From positions 59,520,001 to 59,584,000 of the forward strand of contig OX597821.1 in NCBI GenBank assembly GCA_951406725.2: a stretch of DNA of 64,000 bases. Reading direction: 5' to 3'. The notes under the pieces are model-generated. The model made no database searches and was not told the origin of the DNA. It was given only the letters and a program-made list of their open reading frames with translations. A program made the position numbers and the translations under genes. Origin of the DNA: Octopus vulgaris. Its lineage: Eukaryota. Below are positions 52,161-64,000 of this stretch, piece after piece (position 1 is the first letter of the stretch; each line of letters begins with the position of its first letter).

Positions 52161-53010
52161 TGTCGTCTGATCAATAAGTATCCGGACAGTTGCCATAGTA
52201 GCAAAGGTAAAGCATGCAGAGTGAAGCTGCTTGGCACAGATTGACCTTGAACTCTGGTGTGCATGAACACTAAGTTTTAACATTCTAGCTCACTTCTGCT
52301 GTTTACAGAAGTGCTTGAAAGGAACATGTGTAATGTGCAATCGTCACATTGACTATGACTCTGCATGAAATTTTGCCAAAAGCTTGGCAATACCTGGTGA
52401 GAGGCCTATGCAAAGTTGCAGAAGTGTACAGGGAGGCGTGTATGAGCCAAAAAAATGTCAACAGTGACAAATGTTCTAGGAGACCTGCAACCAACAGAAC
52501 TGAGAAAAACATCACAGATGTGCATGCAGCTGTGAGGGGAAATCACCGAATCACTATCCGTGAGTTATCAGAGGACGTGCAGATTAGTTACAGTTCAATC
52601 CATAATCACTGAAAATTTGGGTACGAGACATGTGTCTGCCAAGTTTGTGCCAAAATTGCTTTCAGCTGACAATATACCTGCTCATTCAGTACAACTTGTG
52701 CAACAGATTTTGGCTAGGTACAGCATTCCCCAGGTCTTGCCCCTTGCAACTTTTTCCTCTTTCCAAAAAAAAAATCCCACTTGAAAGGAAGAAGATTTCA
52801 GGATGTCAAGGAAATCAAAGTTAATGTGATAAGGCAGCTGCTGACTTTCTCAGAAAACGAGTTCCAGGAATGCTTCTATCAATGGAAATAGCAGTGGATT
52901 AAGTGTGTGGCTTCTGAAGGGGATTCTCTAATGCAAATTAAATGTCAAATTGGTATGTATTGTAGTTTTGTTTCTATAGCACCAGTCCGGATACTTCTTG
53001 ATCAGACCTC

Positions 53011-53011
<1 letters not shown>
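52161..53011 (+). mobile_element. Internally deleted mariner (Tc1/mariner) element
   Basis: TA-flanked TIRs gtctgatcaataagtatccggac and gtccggatacttcttgatcagac. Residual peptides SRRPAT...HRITIRELSE...RHVSAKFVPKLLSA|DNIPAH. Confidence 0.88.
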
Positions 53012-53069
<58 letters not shown>

Positions 53070-53707
53070 GATAGTGGAAGACATTACAGCTTATTAGTCA
53101 AACACGATTGACAAACATTTTTCTCCTCATACACAGAGAAATATGTTCATACGCATAAAGAGAGGAAGGGAGAGGGAAGAAGAGCATAAAAGACAATGAG
53201 TAAAACAACATTAAGAACATCTGATAAGTCACTGTTGAATAATACCAAATAAGCAAAGTTAAATGGCTGTACCAAAACACCACATACTCTATCCAGAAGA
53301 TCCTACAATACACATCGCTTCTGCTGCCACATGTTATCCATATTTAGAGTAAGTCTCACAACAGTACATCAAAGCGCTTCTTACACACATTTCACTTCCA
53401 CTGTTAGAGAGTTATTCCCATGTCCAACAGTTCAGACTAATTATACTCCATTTTGATCCAGAGCAGGCCAAAGCACATTGTACACTCAGAAATGCAGCAG
53501 TTGGTTGTATGAGTATCCATTTTATTCTCCATTCTGCTTTTTTATATGGCCAAAGGCAATCAGGGGTGGAGGGATATCAGTGAATATTGTTGAAGCAGAT
53601 GCCATTATGAAACTACAAACTCAGATTTTCAGAATTTATCAAAGATGATTTCGCAAAGCAGCAACGAGAGCTAGTAACTATCAATATTTAATGCATGTAT
53701 ATAAAGA

Positions 53708-54152
53708 TACAGGCATGGTTATGTGGTCAAGAATTTGCTTCCAAACCACATGATTTTGAGTTCACTGAGGTACAACTTAAGCATGTGTCTTCTACTTAGT
53801 CCTAAGTCAAACAAAGCTTTGTGAGTGGATTTGATAGATGGAAACTGAAAGAAGCTCACTGTATATGCATCATCATCATTTAGCATTCATTTTCCATGAT
53901 GATGATGATGATACATATGTGTGAGTGTGTTTGTGTCTCCTTGTCTTGACATCACATGACAGTTGTGAGTATCACTGTCATACAAGCAGTGTCACTCATT
54001 TCCAATATTCTGTGAAAACCTGTCTAGTGGGGGGGGGGGGGGGATATTACTTTGCATAGAAAAAAGTAATGTTTGGTGACAAGAAGGGCATCCAACCATA
54101 GAAAATCTACCTCAAGAAATTCCATCCATCTCATGCAAGCATGATGATGATA
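53708..54152 (+). mobile_element. Composite SINE: family A head plus alternative (ATG)n-tailed 3' part
   Basis: Family A head up to gaaactgaaagaagc, then ccttgtcttgacatcac...gaagggcatcc...gcaagcatgatgatg. Confidence 0.7.
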
Positions 54153-54619
54153 AAATATCTGTATTAATATATTCAATAGCTCTCCAACTATCTTCAAATG
54201 TTCAAGTAGGTTTATTGGTTTTCGATTCATTAACTCCTGCTCTAATTTCTCAGTAGTTTCTATAAGTTATTTTTACGTTGGCTCAACTTAAGATCAAGTA
54301 TATCATTTATACAAGTTAATTCCTTTTCTATGTAATGACAACATTAAAAGCAATTTTTCAATAGCTAAATTTTGCTTTATAAACCAGAATAGATCACACA
54401 GCTTCTTGTTCATCTTTAACATAAAAGATATCAAAAAGATTGTATTATCTGCTTCTCTTCTCTCTAGCTAAAAATGGTATTCTAGTTGTTGCCAAATCTC
54501 TAAATATATAATTTACACTGACCAACTTCTTCTATACCATTCAAGTCTGCTTTAGTCTGGGAGAAACTGCTGCATGAGAGGAGAAAGCGAAATATGATTT
54601 TTTTTTTTTTGTTTGCTGC

Positions 54620-55093
54620 TCTCTTTTACTTGTTTCAGTCATTTGACTGCAGCCATGCTGGAGCACTGCCTTTAGTCGAGCAAACGACCCCAGGACTTAT
54701 TCTTTATAAGCCTAGTACTTATTCTATTGGTCTCTTTTGCCGAGCCGCTAAGTTACGTGGACAAAAACACACCAGCATCAGTTGTCAAGCGATGTTGGGG
54801 GGACAAACACAGACACATAAACATATAAACACACACACACGCACACATATATATACATACATATACATATATATACATACATATACATACATATACATAT
54901 ATATACATACATATACATACATATATATACGATGGGCTTCTTTCAGTTTCCGTCTACCAAATCCACTCACAAGGCTTTGGTCGACCTGAGGCTATAGTAA
55001 AAGACACTTGACCAAAGTGCCACGCAGTGGGACTGAACCCAGAACCATGTAGTTGGTAAGCAAGCTACTTACCACACAGCCACTCCTATGCTT
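54620..55093 (-). mobile_element. SINE family A copy (young)
   Basis: Full length, with an expanded internal (ATAC/AT) microsatellite. Confidence 0.9.
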
Positions 55094-55289
55094 CAATAAT
55101 TTATCTTAAGGCTTTTTCTTCAATGAAATTACTATAAACCAAAACAGTTATATACTGTTCGTTTTGCTTTATCTAGTGATGTTTATTACAGTTTTCCCCA
55201 ATATTCATGTTATTTTTAAATACATATAATACATTTTGGCTTTCTCTCAAATTATTTATATTAATAATAAAAGCATAAATAAGATGGCT

Positions 55290-55665
55290 AATTGGCAGAA
55301 TAATTAGAGCCTGAGAAAAAATGTATAGCTGTATTTCTTCCAGCTCTTTATGTTTTGAGTTCAAATTCCACTGAGGTCAACTTTGCATTTCATCCCTTTC
55401 AAGCTCGATAAAATAAGTACCAGTCAAACATTGGAGAAAACATTTGAAACAATACTGATTTCAAATTTTGGCACAAGGCCAGCAATTTCAGGGGAGGGAA
55501 CTGGTTGATTAAAGTGACACCAGTACTCAACTGGTACTTATAATATTATTAACCCTGACAGGACGAAAGACAAAGTCGACTTTGGTGGAATTTGAACTCA
55601 GACAGACACAATCCCAGTAAACGTTTCACTGGGCATGCTTACAATTCTACCAGCTCACCACCTTA
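55290..55665. mobile_element. Two SINE family B copies in inverted, tail-to-tail orientation
   Basis: Plus copy at about 55290-55430 (gagttcaaattccactgaggtcaacttt) and minus copy at about 55457-55665 (aaagtcgactttggtggaatttgaactc). Confidence 0.7.
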
Positions 55666-56152
55666 ACACCTGAAATGATATTAAATACACAAATTCAATT
55701 TTAGTAATTTTTTTTTAATAATAATCTCCAAAGTAAGTTTAAATTTTAAATTGTAAAAAGAAAATGCTTCCAGAGGAAAATTGATATGCTTCACAAGAAA
55801 AACGAAGGATATAAGTCATAAGAATCAATACTGTCTGTCTACATTATTAAACAGTTTCAGCATTCATGACTGCTTATCGGAATATTGTTCAAGAAATAGT
55901 ATTAATATTTCAGAAGTTAATTAGTTGTTTTATATACACTAGTATCATGGAAACTACAAAAAACAAGCACAATAGCTGGCACAATTTCAGGAATTATGGT
56001 TTTATCAAAGAGTCTAAATTAAACCAACCAACGCAAAAATATTAGTCAGCATATTTCTAAAATGTAAGAAAATATGGTTTAACCATTTTTTAAAAATTTG
56101 ATTCCGGTTGAAATACAGGATCTTTATTTATTCCATTTAATTTTTAAAATCA

Positions 56153-56533
56153 TCTTTTATTTGTTTGTCACTGGACTGTGGCCATGCTGGGGCACTACTT
56201 TGAAGAATTTTTAGTCAAATGAATCCTAGGTACTTTTTTGTTGTTGTTTAAACCTGGTACTTCTAGCAATTTCTTTTACTGAACCATTAAGTTACAGGGA
56301 CGTAAACACACCAACACTGGTTGCCAAGTGGTGATAGGAGACAAACACATGCACACACACACATACACACATGTGACAGGCTTCTTTCAGTTTCTGTCCA
56401 CCAAACCACTAACAAGGCTTTGGTTAGTCCAAGTCTACAATAGAAGATACTTGCCCAAGGTGCCACCAGTTGGACTGAATCCAGAACTATGTGGTTAGGA
56501 AGCAAGATTCTTACCACAGTCATGCCTGCACCT
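56153..56533 (-). mobile_element. SINE family A copy (older)
   Basis: gactgtggccatgctgggg...ttgcccaaggtgcca...catgcctgcacct. Confidence 0.82.
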
Positions 56534-56558
56534 ACGAATGTGGAATTTACTAAAATAA

Positions 56559-56960
56559 AGGAGCGGCTGTGTGGCAAGTAGCTTGCTTACCAACAACATG
56601 GTTCCAGGTTCAGTCCCACTGAGTGACACCTTGGGCAACTGCCTTCTGCTATAGCCTCGGGCCAACCAAAGCTTTGTGAGTGGATTTGGTTGATGAAAAC
56701 TGAAAGAAGCCTGTCGCATATATGTGTATATATATATATATATGTGTGTGTTTGTATGTCTGTGTTTGCCCCCCACCCAACATTGCTTGACAACCGACGC
56801 TGGTGTGTTTACGTCCACGTAACTTAGCGGTTCGGCAAAAGAGACCGATAGAATAAGTACTAGGCTTACAAAGAATAAGTCCTGGGGTCGATTTCCTCAA
56901 CTAAAGGCGGTGTTCCAGCATAGCCGCAGCCAAATGACTGAAACAAGTAAAAGAGTAAAA
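56559..56960 (+). mobile_element. SINE family A copy (young)
   Basis: aggagcggctgtgtggcaagtagc...aatgactgaaacaagtaaaagagtaaaa. Confidence 0.9.
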
Positions 56961-57248
56961 TAGAGTATAATCAAGCTATTTTCGAAACAAGTTAACATGA
57001 AATTTCAATGGAAGTCAAAGTCTAGAAGTTACAGTATTATATTTAATCTTAATTAGTTGTTTCAACACAAAGGGAAATACACTTCATGAACATAAATAAT
57101 CATCATCCTCATTATTATTGAACATCCATTTTCCATGCTGGCATGGGTTGGATGGTTTGACAGGAGCTGACACGCCAAGCTCTACTGTCTGCTTTGGCAT
57201 AGTTTCTACAGCCGGACGCTCTTCTTGATGCCAATTTCTTTTTTTGCA

Positions 57249-57514
57249 CCCTTTTCAAGCCTAGCCAGCCTCATGGGCCCGGTTTCTGTGGCGCATGTGT
57301 TCCTCCCAGTCCATCATAGCATTACTCAAGAAACAGGAAAAGAGAGTTGTGATGAAAGAGTACAACAGGGATCGCCACCACCTCCTGCCGGAGCCATGTG
57401 GAGCTTTTAGGTGTTTTTGCTCAATAAACACACACAACGCCCGGTCTGGGAATCGAAACTGCAATCCTTCGACCGTGAGTCCGCTGCCCCAACCACTGGG
57501 CCATTGCGCCTCCA
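57249..57514 (-). mobile_element. SINE family D, short form, nested in a family C copy
   Basis: Minus strand head tggaggcgcaatggcccagtggttggggcagcggactc...ggtttcgattccc-like. The flanks repeat ctcttgatgccaat / ttcttgatgccaat (possible TSD). Confidence 0.8.
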
Positions 57515-57797
57515 CTCTTGATGCCAATATTCAAATATAAATGATTTTATAATATAATAATATGTGTGACATTGTTTATTGAAAACTGAGTTAGCACAAA
57601 TTGCTAATTGTTTTTCATTGTGGTTACTTGTGTCTCCATTCTTTGAACGTGGAAACCAGGAATGAGAAACTCAAAATAGCAACTCACAGAGTCAGCTCTG
57701 CTTAACAGTATTGAGTACTTTTTCTATTCAAATGCAATTCACACCAATGTGAAATCACCATGCATGAATGAATATGTACACATGTGTAAAATATCTA

Positions 57798-59065
57798 CGA
57801 GGGATGTTCAGTAAGTAATGCCTCTGACCCACTTGTAGTTGTTTGATCTTGCTGAAATTTTGCATGTGCAATTATTTATATCTTTATAGATTACGTGGCA
57901 AATTACAGCTCTGAACTAATTGTGGTTTCTGATTTACAGGTGTTTGAACTGAGTCAAGTGTGAAATGGAGCCTGTTGAGTGTCGAGCAGTGATTCGGGTT
58001 TTTGTATTTGAAAGGACGCACACCACGGGAGACTTTTGATGAAATGAAAGTAACTTATGGTGATGATGCCCCATCATATGACCTTGTAAAACGCTGGCAT
58101 CATGAATTCAAACATGGTCGGAACTCTGTGGAAACAGCCCTCAGATCTGGTCACCCTCCTTCTGCCATTGATGAGGCATCTGTTCGTCAAGTTGAGGCTG
58201 CCATTTTGGAAGATCGACGCATAACTATTCGCCAAATAGCCCATGAGGTCAAGATTAGTACCGGGTCTGTGGAAACTATCATTTGCATATGCAAAAGGTG
58301 TCTGCCAGATGGATTCCGAGGTTGCTCACACCTTTCCAGAAGCAAGAACGCGTCGAGTGCTCGAGGATGAATCTGGAGATGTGCCAAGAAGATGAGTCAA
58401 AATTTTTCAAAAGACTGATTACACAGGATGAAACCTGGGTCCATCACCATGATCCAGAGACCAAAGCCCAGTCAATGCAGTGGAAACACCGTGACTCACC
58501 TCCTCCAAAGAAGACAAGGGTGCAGCCCTCCGCTGGCAAGGTCATGCTCACAGTCTTCTGGGACCAGGACGGAATAGTGATGACAGATTTCCTGGCAAAA
58601 GGTACCACAATTACAGGAGCCTATTATGTTTCACTTTTGAGGAAATTAAGAGAAGCTATCAAAATCAAGAGGCGGGGCAAGATCAGCAAAGGCATCCTCC
58701 TCCTGCAGGACAACTCGATGGTCGCCAGATCAGAAGCACAGGCGTGCGGCTATGAACTCCTCCCCCAACCCCCTACTCTCCTGACCTTGCACCCTCGGAT
58801 TTTCACCTCTTCCCAGCCATAAAGTTGTTTTTGAAAGGAAAGCATTTCCCAGATGATGCAGCCTTGATTTCTGAAGTCTGGTCGTGGTTGGAAGACCAAG
58901 CTGGGGTCTTCTACAAAAACGGTCTCTAGAGCTGCATCAAACGATGGAAGAAATGCGTAACTCTGGGTGGTTCCTATATAAAAGAAGACTAATAACTGTG
59001 CCAAGTGTCGTTGCTCTACTGCTATGGAAAGTGGGTCAGGGGCATTACTTATTGAATGCCCCTTG
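57798..59065 (+). mobile_element. Near full-length mariner transposon (1268 bp)
   Basis: TA|cgagggatgttcagtaagtaatgcctctgaccc ... gggtcaggggcattacttattgaatgccccttg|TA form imperfect 33-bp TIRs with a TA duplication. Confidence 0.95.
57965..58992 (+). pseudogene. Mariner DD34D transposase pseudogene
   Basis: Motifs WIPRLL, ITQDETW, LLQDN and YSPDLAPSDFHLF are present. There are frameshifts near 57998, 58281 and 58772, the NAPxH motif is deleted, and a premature TAG lies at 58927-58929. Confidence 0.92.
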
Positions 59066-60281
59066 TAATTACACTGTCTAACATGATTTTTGTCTTTGCG
59101 TAGCAACTGTTATTTCCTATTTGCTTACCCTTAGAAAGTATGAAAAATTGCTTTTTGTTAAATTTATTCAAACCCCAAAGAATCCCTCTCAACACATAGC
59201 TATAATGCTCCTCCACCATTCCTGCTCATGAACAGAGATGCACATATCGTCAACCACCAAAAGTCATGCTCAAGTGCTTAAGGTCAACAAATCTGTGGTA
59301 TTGAATATTTGTAGAACATTTGCTATAATTATTTCTGTTTCAGCAACTCAGCACTGAATCTGTCTGAAATATAATGGAAAATAGGTCAGTTTCAAAACAT
59401 TGATGTCCAGGTCACAGAAGCAAAGCTTGAAGGGAATGGTAGTCATTTCCTTTGATTTCTAGATAGAAGCAAATAGGAAATAACACTAACTGACCAAAGA
59501 CAAAAAAATAAAAATTTTGTTACAGTATTATAGATTAAAAACAAAAGTATTCAGTCTGCTTTGAACCATTACAAAACAAAGAGGAGACACATACACTTGC
59601 TATTAAATAAAAAAAGGGATAATTTGATAGGAAATAAGTGTTTAGCTTCAGTATTTTATAATTTTACTTTTGCTCTTATGACAGTCTGATATTTGATTCC
59701 GTTCTCCGGAATCCTAAAGTACTTCCGGCAATACCATCCATTTTTTTTCATCTTACCAAACAACTTGACATTTTGCAACCAAAATTCAACAGCTATCTGT
59801 ACTCAAGGCTAACATGTGCCCTTAAATTTAAGAAAGAATTATCATCAATTATATCAGCCCTAGTAATTCACTGTACTTTATCAACCTTGGATTATGCAGT
59901 CCACTGGGCTCAGTCCTTTATTTTCTAATCAATGATCTCATGCTTTATTATGCATGAAATCATTGATTCAGTAGTTATAATACAGTAATTTCCTGGAATG
60001 TGTGAGTGAAAGTGAAGGAATTGTATACTTTGTTGCATATTTTAATAAAAGTTTGTGGCTAATACTAAAACGACATGTTAAATAAAATTAAATTTAATTT
60101 CTTGCAGCAATGTTGGTAAGATGTCTTTAAATATGAGATAAAAAAAAATGTGAATTGACAAACACTAAGACAAATTATTTTATAAAACGAAGATTTGCCT
60201 AACTTCTCTTACTTACAAAGTGGAATGCCTTACAACATACTTTCTGGTAAGATTTTCTTACTACATACCAAATTAACAATG

Positions 60282-60590
60282 CATCATCATGATTTAATGT
60301 CCATGCTCGCATGGGTTGGACAGTTTGACATGGAGCTGGGCGGCCAGGGAACTGTCTAGACTCCAATTGCCTGTTGTGGCATGGTTTTTATGGCTGGATG
60401 CCCTTCCTAACATCAACCACTTCACGGAGTGTGCTGGGTGCTTTTTACATGCCACCAGCATGCGTGTGTCTATGCAGCACTGGCACGAGTGCATTTTATG
60501 TGGCACCGTCACTTGTAAAGGAGAAGCCTGTATATATGGGTAACAGCAATTTTACTTAGCTTGGGGTGTCTTCTCAAATACAGCAAATCG
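60282..60590 (-). mobile_element. Family C copy
   Basis: catcatcatgatttaatgtcc...ctggatgcccttcctaacatcaaccac. Confidence 0.72.
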
Positions 60591-62609
60591 CATTATACAA
60601 AAACTGTTAAAAAACAATCCAATTATTCCCACAGCCCACTGTAAAAAAAAAAGAATCTAAACTTGCTTTGGATAGTGCACATCTTCAAATTTAGCTAATT
60701 AAAACAATGACAGCAAAAGAAAAAAAAAAATTCAAGCAATTAATAACTTCCATGCCATTTAGATAAACCATTTTGACAACTAAAATATATTAAATCACAT
60801 TTATATATATAATAGCCTTTATTAGAACACAAACACATTTTGTTTGCCGTGTCATAGGTTATAAGTAAATAATAATGTAAATGAATTTTATATAAATACC
60901 TACTCTTTTAAAACTTTTATGCTCTTGCTTAATGATTGAAAGCAAAGAATGATTTATATTTAGATTCAGGGTTAGACAAGAACAATTCACAGCCACAATA
61001 CTTTCATACTGAAACTTGAGCCGCCACCACCATAGTTAACACAATTGCCTATTCGAAGTAAATATACAAAATATTGAGACATGAAGACTATTTTAAATGA
61101 ATCCTCTCTTCTAAAATAACCAATGACAATGAAAATAAACTCTATAACAACTCACTCTGGCTGACTGGCGGTGTGTGTTGGGGGGGGGGGGCAGGAGGAA
61201 ATAGTGTTGTAGTTGATCAGGTCAGTTTCATCAAACAGTCTTCCAGCCTGTGACTACCTGGTCATTTTATATGGTAGTCTCGATTACATTATCCAATGTC
61301 TCCTGCCCTCTTTCAAATGTTAGGGTGTGATTTGAGACAGAACTGGTTGTTATTTCTAGCAGCTGACAAAGAGACCATCATTCAAGTGTGACCTCATTGA
61401 ATGGACATGTTAATTTTAATTGTATTTCATCATCATCATTGTTTAATGTCCGTTTTCCATGCTGGCATAGGTTGGACGGTTTGACTAAGGTCTAGAAAGC
61501 CAGTGGCCACAGGCACAGGAGCCAGTCAGGCAGGCTTGGCACCAATCATGTTCGGATAGTGCTTTTAACATGACACTGACACGGGAGCCAGTCAGGGGGC
61601 ACTGGCATTGGCCATGTTCGGATGGTGCTTTAGAAGTTTGTGCAAGTTAAATTTAAGTGGTTGAATCCTTAAATGCTACCATTTATTGAGCTACTTATAC
61701 ATACAGGCTTCAACATAGTTTCCAAGTATCAAATTCACTTACAAGGCAATGGTCAGCCTGGAACTATAGTAGAAGATACTTGGCCAAGGTGCCATGTAGT
61801 GAGACTGAACCTGAAATCACATGGTAGCTAAGTTTTTTCATAAATATATCAATATATGTACAGTCCCCCCCCCCCATTTATTCTTCTGAGATTTTAATTA
61901 AAAGGATTGAGATCACACTCTGCACAGTCTTAATAGCAGCAGCTGCTGGGTGTTATTTCAAACCTCTTACATTCTGTTCATTCAAAGAATTTTTATTCAC
62001 TAACAAATTAATCTCAACCATATTCACTTTAAAGCCACTTAAATCCCTTCTTCAAAGCTTGAAAATGTTTTCTGTATTCTTCAGTTAAATTAACAGAAGA
62101 GGTTAATTCAAGGACACAATATCTTAATGAATATAACTGTACAATATAATGTGTAAGTGAGAAGTGACAGAACATTGAACACTTAACAAGAAAGCAAATT
62201 AATCTAAGATACGTCATCATCCAGTGTTTTAAATCCGGGTTTTGTCCCCGTTAATGGGGGTGGCCAGATCTACCTTAATGCCATAGCAACTGAGGCAGGC
62301 AGTTGCAGCCCAGCCCAACCTTTGGGCTGGCTGGTGCCCATTCTCCCTAGCAAACATGAGGCATTTCTGGAGCTGGATATTTTCTATGGGGTGCATGCCC
62401 TTGCTTACCCCCAACATCAGTTTCTAGACAGGAGTGATCCTGAGACCAAGACCTCTACCATGATCTTTAAGAAACGTGGTGGATTTAAATTTTTAACACT
62501 TTCAAGAAACTGACAGCCCTTACACATTCCCATATAAATTCAACATAACCACCTAAACCTTTTTATACAAATCTACCAAACAGACTAATTATACATCATT
62601 ACTATAGAA

Positions 62610-62907
62610 CAGGGATCGGAGAACTTTTTTAACCAATTACTCCAAAATATATTTATTTATGCCGATGTCACCCCTTGGTTTGAAAGGAAGAAAATTATAT
62701 ATTCTTTGAATTCAAAAGGTTTATTGAATCAATTTATATGAATCCATTACATTGGACAGATGCAGGGTTGCCAGAAGAGAAATTTCTGTCATTACAAGGA
62801 AAACGGTTTTTTATATAATTTTACTTATGTCTAATGAGTCCCCATTACCCACAAGAATTTCATTTTTACCCCACTTGGGGTAATTTACCCTGGTTTGCTG
62901 ACCCCTG
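62610..62907. mobile_element. hAT-like MITE
   Basis: TIRs cagggatcggagaac and gtttgctgacccctg. 8-bp TSD ctatagaa/ctatagca. Confidence 0.78.
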
Positions 62908-63254
62908 CTATAGCACATCATTACTATGGTAAAAATATAATTTATAAAACAAAGCTCAAGAAACTATAAATGGTTTTATATCAAAATCTGGAAGATTGGA
63001 TATTATTTAATGATAATGGCTTCAATTTTTAGCACAGGGCTAGCAATTTTAGGGGAAGGAGGTATGTCATTGATATTGACCCCTGTGCTTGACTGATACT
63101 TTCTTTTTTTTTATCACCCCCCCCCCCACCGAGAGGATGAAAGGCAAAGCCAACATTCGTGCCATTTGAACTCAGCATGTTGGATAAAATGCTTAGCGAC
63201 GTTTTCCCAGCTCTTTATGATCTAACAATTCTGCCATCTTGCCACCTTTTCTTC

Positions 63255-63658
63255 ATTATCATCCTTGTTTAATGTTTGCTTTCCATGCTGGCATAGGTTC
63301 GATGGTTTGACTGAGGGCTAGCGACCCAGGAGGCTCCAATCTGATCTGGAAATGTTTCTACAGCTGGATGCCCTTTCTAACGCCAACCACTCCAAAAGAG
63401 TAGTGGGTGCTTTTCATGTGTCACCAGCACAGGAGTCAGTCAGTGGGCACTGGCATCAAATACGTTCAGATGGTACATTTTATGTGCCACCAGCATGGAA
63501 GCCAGTCGGGTGGCACTAGCCATGGCTACGATTTCAATTTTACTTGACTCAACAGGTCTTCTCAAACATATCATATCGCTCGATGCTTCAAGGGTACTTT
63601 TAAAAGGGCTGATCATGCAACACTGGCATCGGCCAAGGCTGCAATCTCACTTTACTTG
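63255..63658 (-). mobile_element. Family C copy
   Basis: gtttaatgtttgctttccatgctggc...ggctccaatctgatctgg...gctggatgccctttctaacgccaaccac. A related shorter copy lies at 61428-61631. Confidence 0.75.
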
Positions 63659-64000
63659 TTGATAATGGTAATGAGAATGAAGATAATGATTAAGCTGATA
63701 ATAATGGTAATGAGAATGATGATGACGCTTAGATATTAGATTTTGATTGAATTTTTATGCCTGAGAGTGAGTCTAAAATGTAAGATAAAATTCAAAGTCA
63801 ACATGAATATTCAAGGATGTAAATGTGACCTAATCTACATTTAAAGCAGGAGGGAAAAAGATAAAACTTATGATGCTCTGGCTATGACCATACCATTTGG
63901 GGGGAGGGGGCATCGTGTATCTAGGGCTTTGTTATCCAATTTGTATTTTCATTTTCAAGAAAGTAGAGTGTGATTTGAGGGACATTTGAATGCTAGTTGT

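Noticed and set aside
57440-57514. tRNA-like sequence (also heads at 12380-12452, 26323 and 51856)
   Set aside because: A and B boxes run into SINE bodies and I cannot build a complete cloverleaf. These are SINE heads, not tRNA genes.

Overview
AT-rich eukaryotic genomic DNA, dense in microsatellites and SINEs. The repeat landscape suggests a coleoid cephalopod, probably Octopus (inference). The window is mostly intronic or upstream sequence of a minus-strand Milton/TRAK (HAP1_N-domain kinesin adaptor) gene. Two exons are supported: 15140-14920 and 4827-4624. They splice in frame to ...MNSRADASVIT-D-VCNRADLPEVEILSLLEEQIPKYKLRAD...IEETLKYF. The rest is transposon debris: at least four SINE-like families (labelled A-D here, my own labels), two mariners, a Helitron, a DINE-1/Helentron-like element, hAT, TTAA and foldback MITEs, and RTE, CR1-like and REL-endonuclease LINE fragments. 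I cannot support a new multi-gene system. The best leads are RNA-level: two degenerate hammerhead-like modules of Penelope type, closely spaced inverted SINE pairs (candidate ADAR substrates), unique intronic hairpins, an open N-terminal extension of Milton, and a perfect ERE core next to an ETS site.
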